17,381 nucleotides of DNA. It comes from a virus. Position 1 is the stretch's first letter, and every line of letters begins with the position of its first letter. Both the position numbers and the translations under genes were made by a program. The notes below the pieces were generated by a model, which was not told where the DNA came from, ran no database searches, and saw only the letters and a list, made by a program, of their open reading frames with translations. Shown here in pieces: positions 15,668 through 17,381 of the stretch. The stretch lies in UHGV virus genome UHGV-0315696. The stretch is one strand, 5' to 3'.

Positions 15668-16039
15668 ATGGATTCACACAGTATCACCCTCAAAGAGGCC
15701 TGTAAGTTTCTCAAGATATCAAGGCCAACAGCTGTTAACTGGATACGAACGGGCCGACTACAGGCAACCCGAAAAAATTCTTCCGGTAAAAGATCACCTT
15801 ATCTCACAACCCGGCAAGCCTGCATTGCAGCACTTCATTCACCGCTGCATACTGTCCAGGTGAGCGCGGGTGATGGCATAACAGAGGAAAGAAAATGTCA
15901 CTCTTCCGCAGAGGTGAAATATGGTACGCCTCGTACTCGCTCCCGGGCGGGAAGCGAATTAAGGAGTCTCTTGGCACAAAGGACAAGCGGCAAGCTCAGG
16001 AGTTGCACGACAAGCGAAAAGCAGAACTCTGGCGAGTAG
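15668..16039 (+). CDS. xis: Excisionase-like protein; 3' end uncertain, reads about 145 nt into int
   Basis: ATG at 15668 directly upstream of int. The N-terminal region ([31 protein letters not shown]) resembles excisionase/AlpA-type HTH proteins. The C-terminal part translates int sequence in another frame and looks non-protein-like. Confidence 0.45.
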   Translation: MDSHSITLKEACKFLKISRPTAVNWIRTGRLQATRKNSSGKRSPYLTTRQACIAALHSPLHTVQVSAGDGITEERKCHSSAEVKYGTPRTRSRAGSELRSLLAQRTSGKLRSCTTSEKQNSGE

Positions 16040-17058
16040 ACAGACTGGGGGATATGCCAGATGTCACTTTCGAAGAAGCCTGCCTGAGATGGCTTGAGGA
16101 AAAAGCCGACAAGAAATCCATCGATTCCGATAAATCCAGAATCGCATTCTGGATTGAGCATTTCGAGGGAATAAGGATTAAGGATATATCGGAGGCAATG
16201 ATCTACTCAGTTATCAGCAAAGCGTATAACCGAAAAACAAAGGAGAGATGGAAGTTGCAGGTGGAGGCTGCATTAAGAAAAGGGAAAGAACCACCAGCCT
16301 ATATACCTAAATCGGTGAGCACGCAAACAAAAGCAACACACCTGGCAATGATCAAGGCTATTCTGCGCGCCGCAGAGCGAGACTGGAAATGGCTTGAAAA
16401 AGCACCTGTAATCAAAATACCTGCCGTAAAAAACAAACGCGTGAGATGGCTGGAAAAAGAAGAAGCCAGGAGACTCATTGATGCATGTTCTGATCCCCTG
16501 AAATCTGTAGTTAAATTTGCACTGGCAACTGGCCTGAGGAGATCAAACATTATTAATCTGGAGTGGCAACAAATCGATATGCAGCGACGTGTTGCCTGGG
16601 TAAACCCTGAAGACAGTAAGTCAAACCGCGCTATTGGGGTCGCACTGAATGACACTGCCTGCAAGGTGTTGCGTGATCAAATAGGCAAACATCACCGCTG
16701 GGTGTTTGTTTATACCACTGCTGCCAGAAGGCCTGACGGGACAATGACACCAAGCATCAGAAAGATGCGCCTGGACTATAACACATCGTGGTTAACAGCA
16801 TGTCGTCGGGCAGGAATTGAAAATTTCCGTTTTCATGACCTCCGCCATACCTGGGCCAGTTGGTTAATTCAGTCAGGTGTACCACTGTCAGTACTTCAGG
16901 AAATGGGCGGCTGGGAGTCTATCGAAATGGTGCGTAGGTACGCACACCTTGCACCTAATCATTTGACAGAGCACGCGAGGAAAATTGACGACATATTGGG
17001 TGACGATGTCCCAAATTTGTCCCACCCTGAGGTTTTTGAGGATGCAAAGAAAGCATAA
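15895..17058 (+). CDS. int: Tyrosine site-specific integrase
   Basis: 387 aa with GAGGAAAG SD. Catalytic-domain motifs are visible ([11 protein letters not shown] with H-x-x-R; VRRYAHL with the Tyr nucleophile). Not lambda Int. Confidence 0.9.
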   Translation: MSLFRRGEIWYASYSLPGGKRIKESLGTKDKRQAQELHDKRKAELWRVDRLGDMPDVTFEEACLRWLEEKADKKSIDSDKSRIAFWIEHFEGIRIKDISEAMIYSVISKAYNRKTKERWKLQVEAALRKGKEPPAYIPKSVSTQTKATHLAMIKAILRAAERDWKWLEKAPVIKIPAVKNKRVRWLEKEEARRLIDACSDPLKSVVKFALATGLRRSNIINLEWQQIDMQRRVAWVNPEDSKSNRAIGVALNDTACKVLRDQIGKHHRWVFVYTTAARRPDGTMTPSIRKMRLDYNTSWLTACRRAGIENFRFHDLRHTWASWLIQSGVPLSVLQEMGGWESIEMVRRYAHLAPNHLTEHARKIDDILGDDVPNLSHPEVFEDAKKA

Positions 17059-17095
17059 GTAATTGAATTAGAATGAGTTAAGCTCACGCTTTCAA

Positions 17096-17312
17096 GTGGT
17101 GAGCAACAACTTTAAAGATCTTGGCCCGGAAGTCAGTTTCCGCCGTATTTATGAATATGCTGGCGGCGACTGGCAGGAAGATAATGGCGTCTGGCACCAG
17201 AACGTGTTCGCTTATTATCTCTCCATCTCCTGTAACCATTGCGATGACCCAGCATGTACAAAAGTCTGCCCCAGCGGCGCAATGCATAAGCGTGAAGATG
17301 GCTTTGTGGTGT
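17096..17312 (+). pseudogene. 5'-truncated fragment of a dmsB/ynfG-family iron-sulfur subunit gene (about codons 27-97); presumed attachment-site junction
   Basis: The translation [66 protein letters not shown] matches E. coli DmsB/YnfG from memory. An in-frame stop lies just upstream (17069..17071), so the first Cys cluster is missing. Homology ends abruptly after 17312. Confidence 0.6.
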
Positions 17313-17381
17313 CGGCCAGCTCATCGCCGGAGATCAGCATGATATTGCCCTGAATGGGATTGCCCTCCGGGGCACCGTAGC

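Noticed and set aside
17313-17381. Minus-strand translation [12 protein letters not shown]... echoing the DmsB YGAPQYN motif
   Set aside because: Only four residues match and the orientation is opposite to the dmsB-like fragment; judged coincidental.

Overview
This window is the early region of a mosaic lambdoid prophage with lambda-type immunity, lying in the opposite orientation to the conventional lambda map. Left to right: a 3'-truncated antirepressor-like gene (-); an accessory island in antisense orientation (HigB/Gp49-like toxin plus XRE-HTH antitoxin, a small divergent ORF, and a zinc-ribbon/DUF4145-like protein); a non-lambda replication module on the - strand (two HTH proteins, a DnaC-like loader, an O-like initiator) with iteron-like repeats and an oop-like antisense RNA; the immunity region (cII, nutR, cro, OR3-OR2-OR1, cI, then a KilA-N-domain protein where lambda carries rexA/rexB, a terminator, OL3-OL2-OL1/pL); a P22-type boxB and N-like antiterminator; a pL operon of unrecognised early-left genes that includes a DicF-like sRNA/terminator and a 690-aa acidic protein; then gam-bet-exo, an xis-like ORF, a tyrosine integrase, and a 5'-truncated dmsB/ynfG-like host gene fragment at the presumed attachment junction. 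The best candidates for an undescribed system are the repressor-linked KilA-N gene, the antisense TA/DUF4145 island, and the large acidic pL-operon protein. All identifications come from reading the translations and DNA motifs against remembered sequences; no database search was run, and motif coordinates are hand-counted (accurate to about 1-2 nt).
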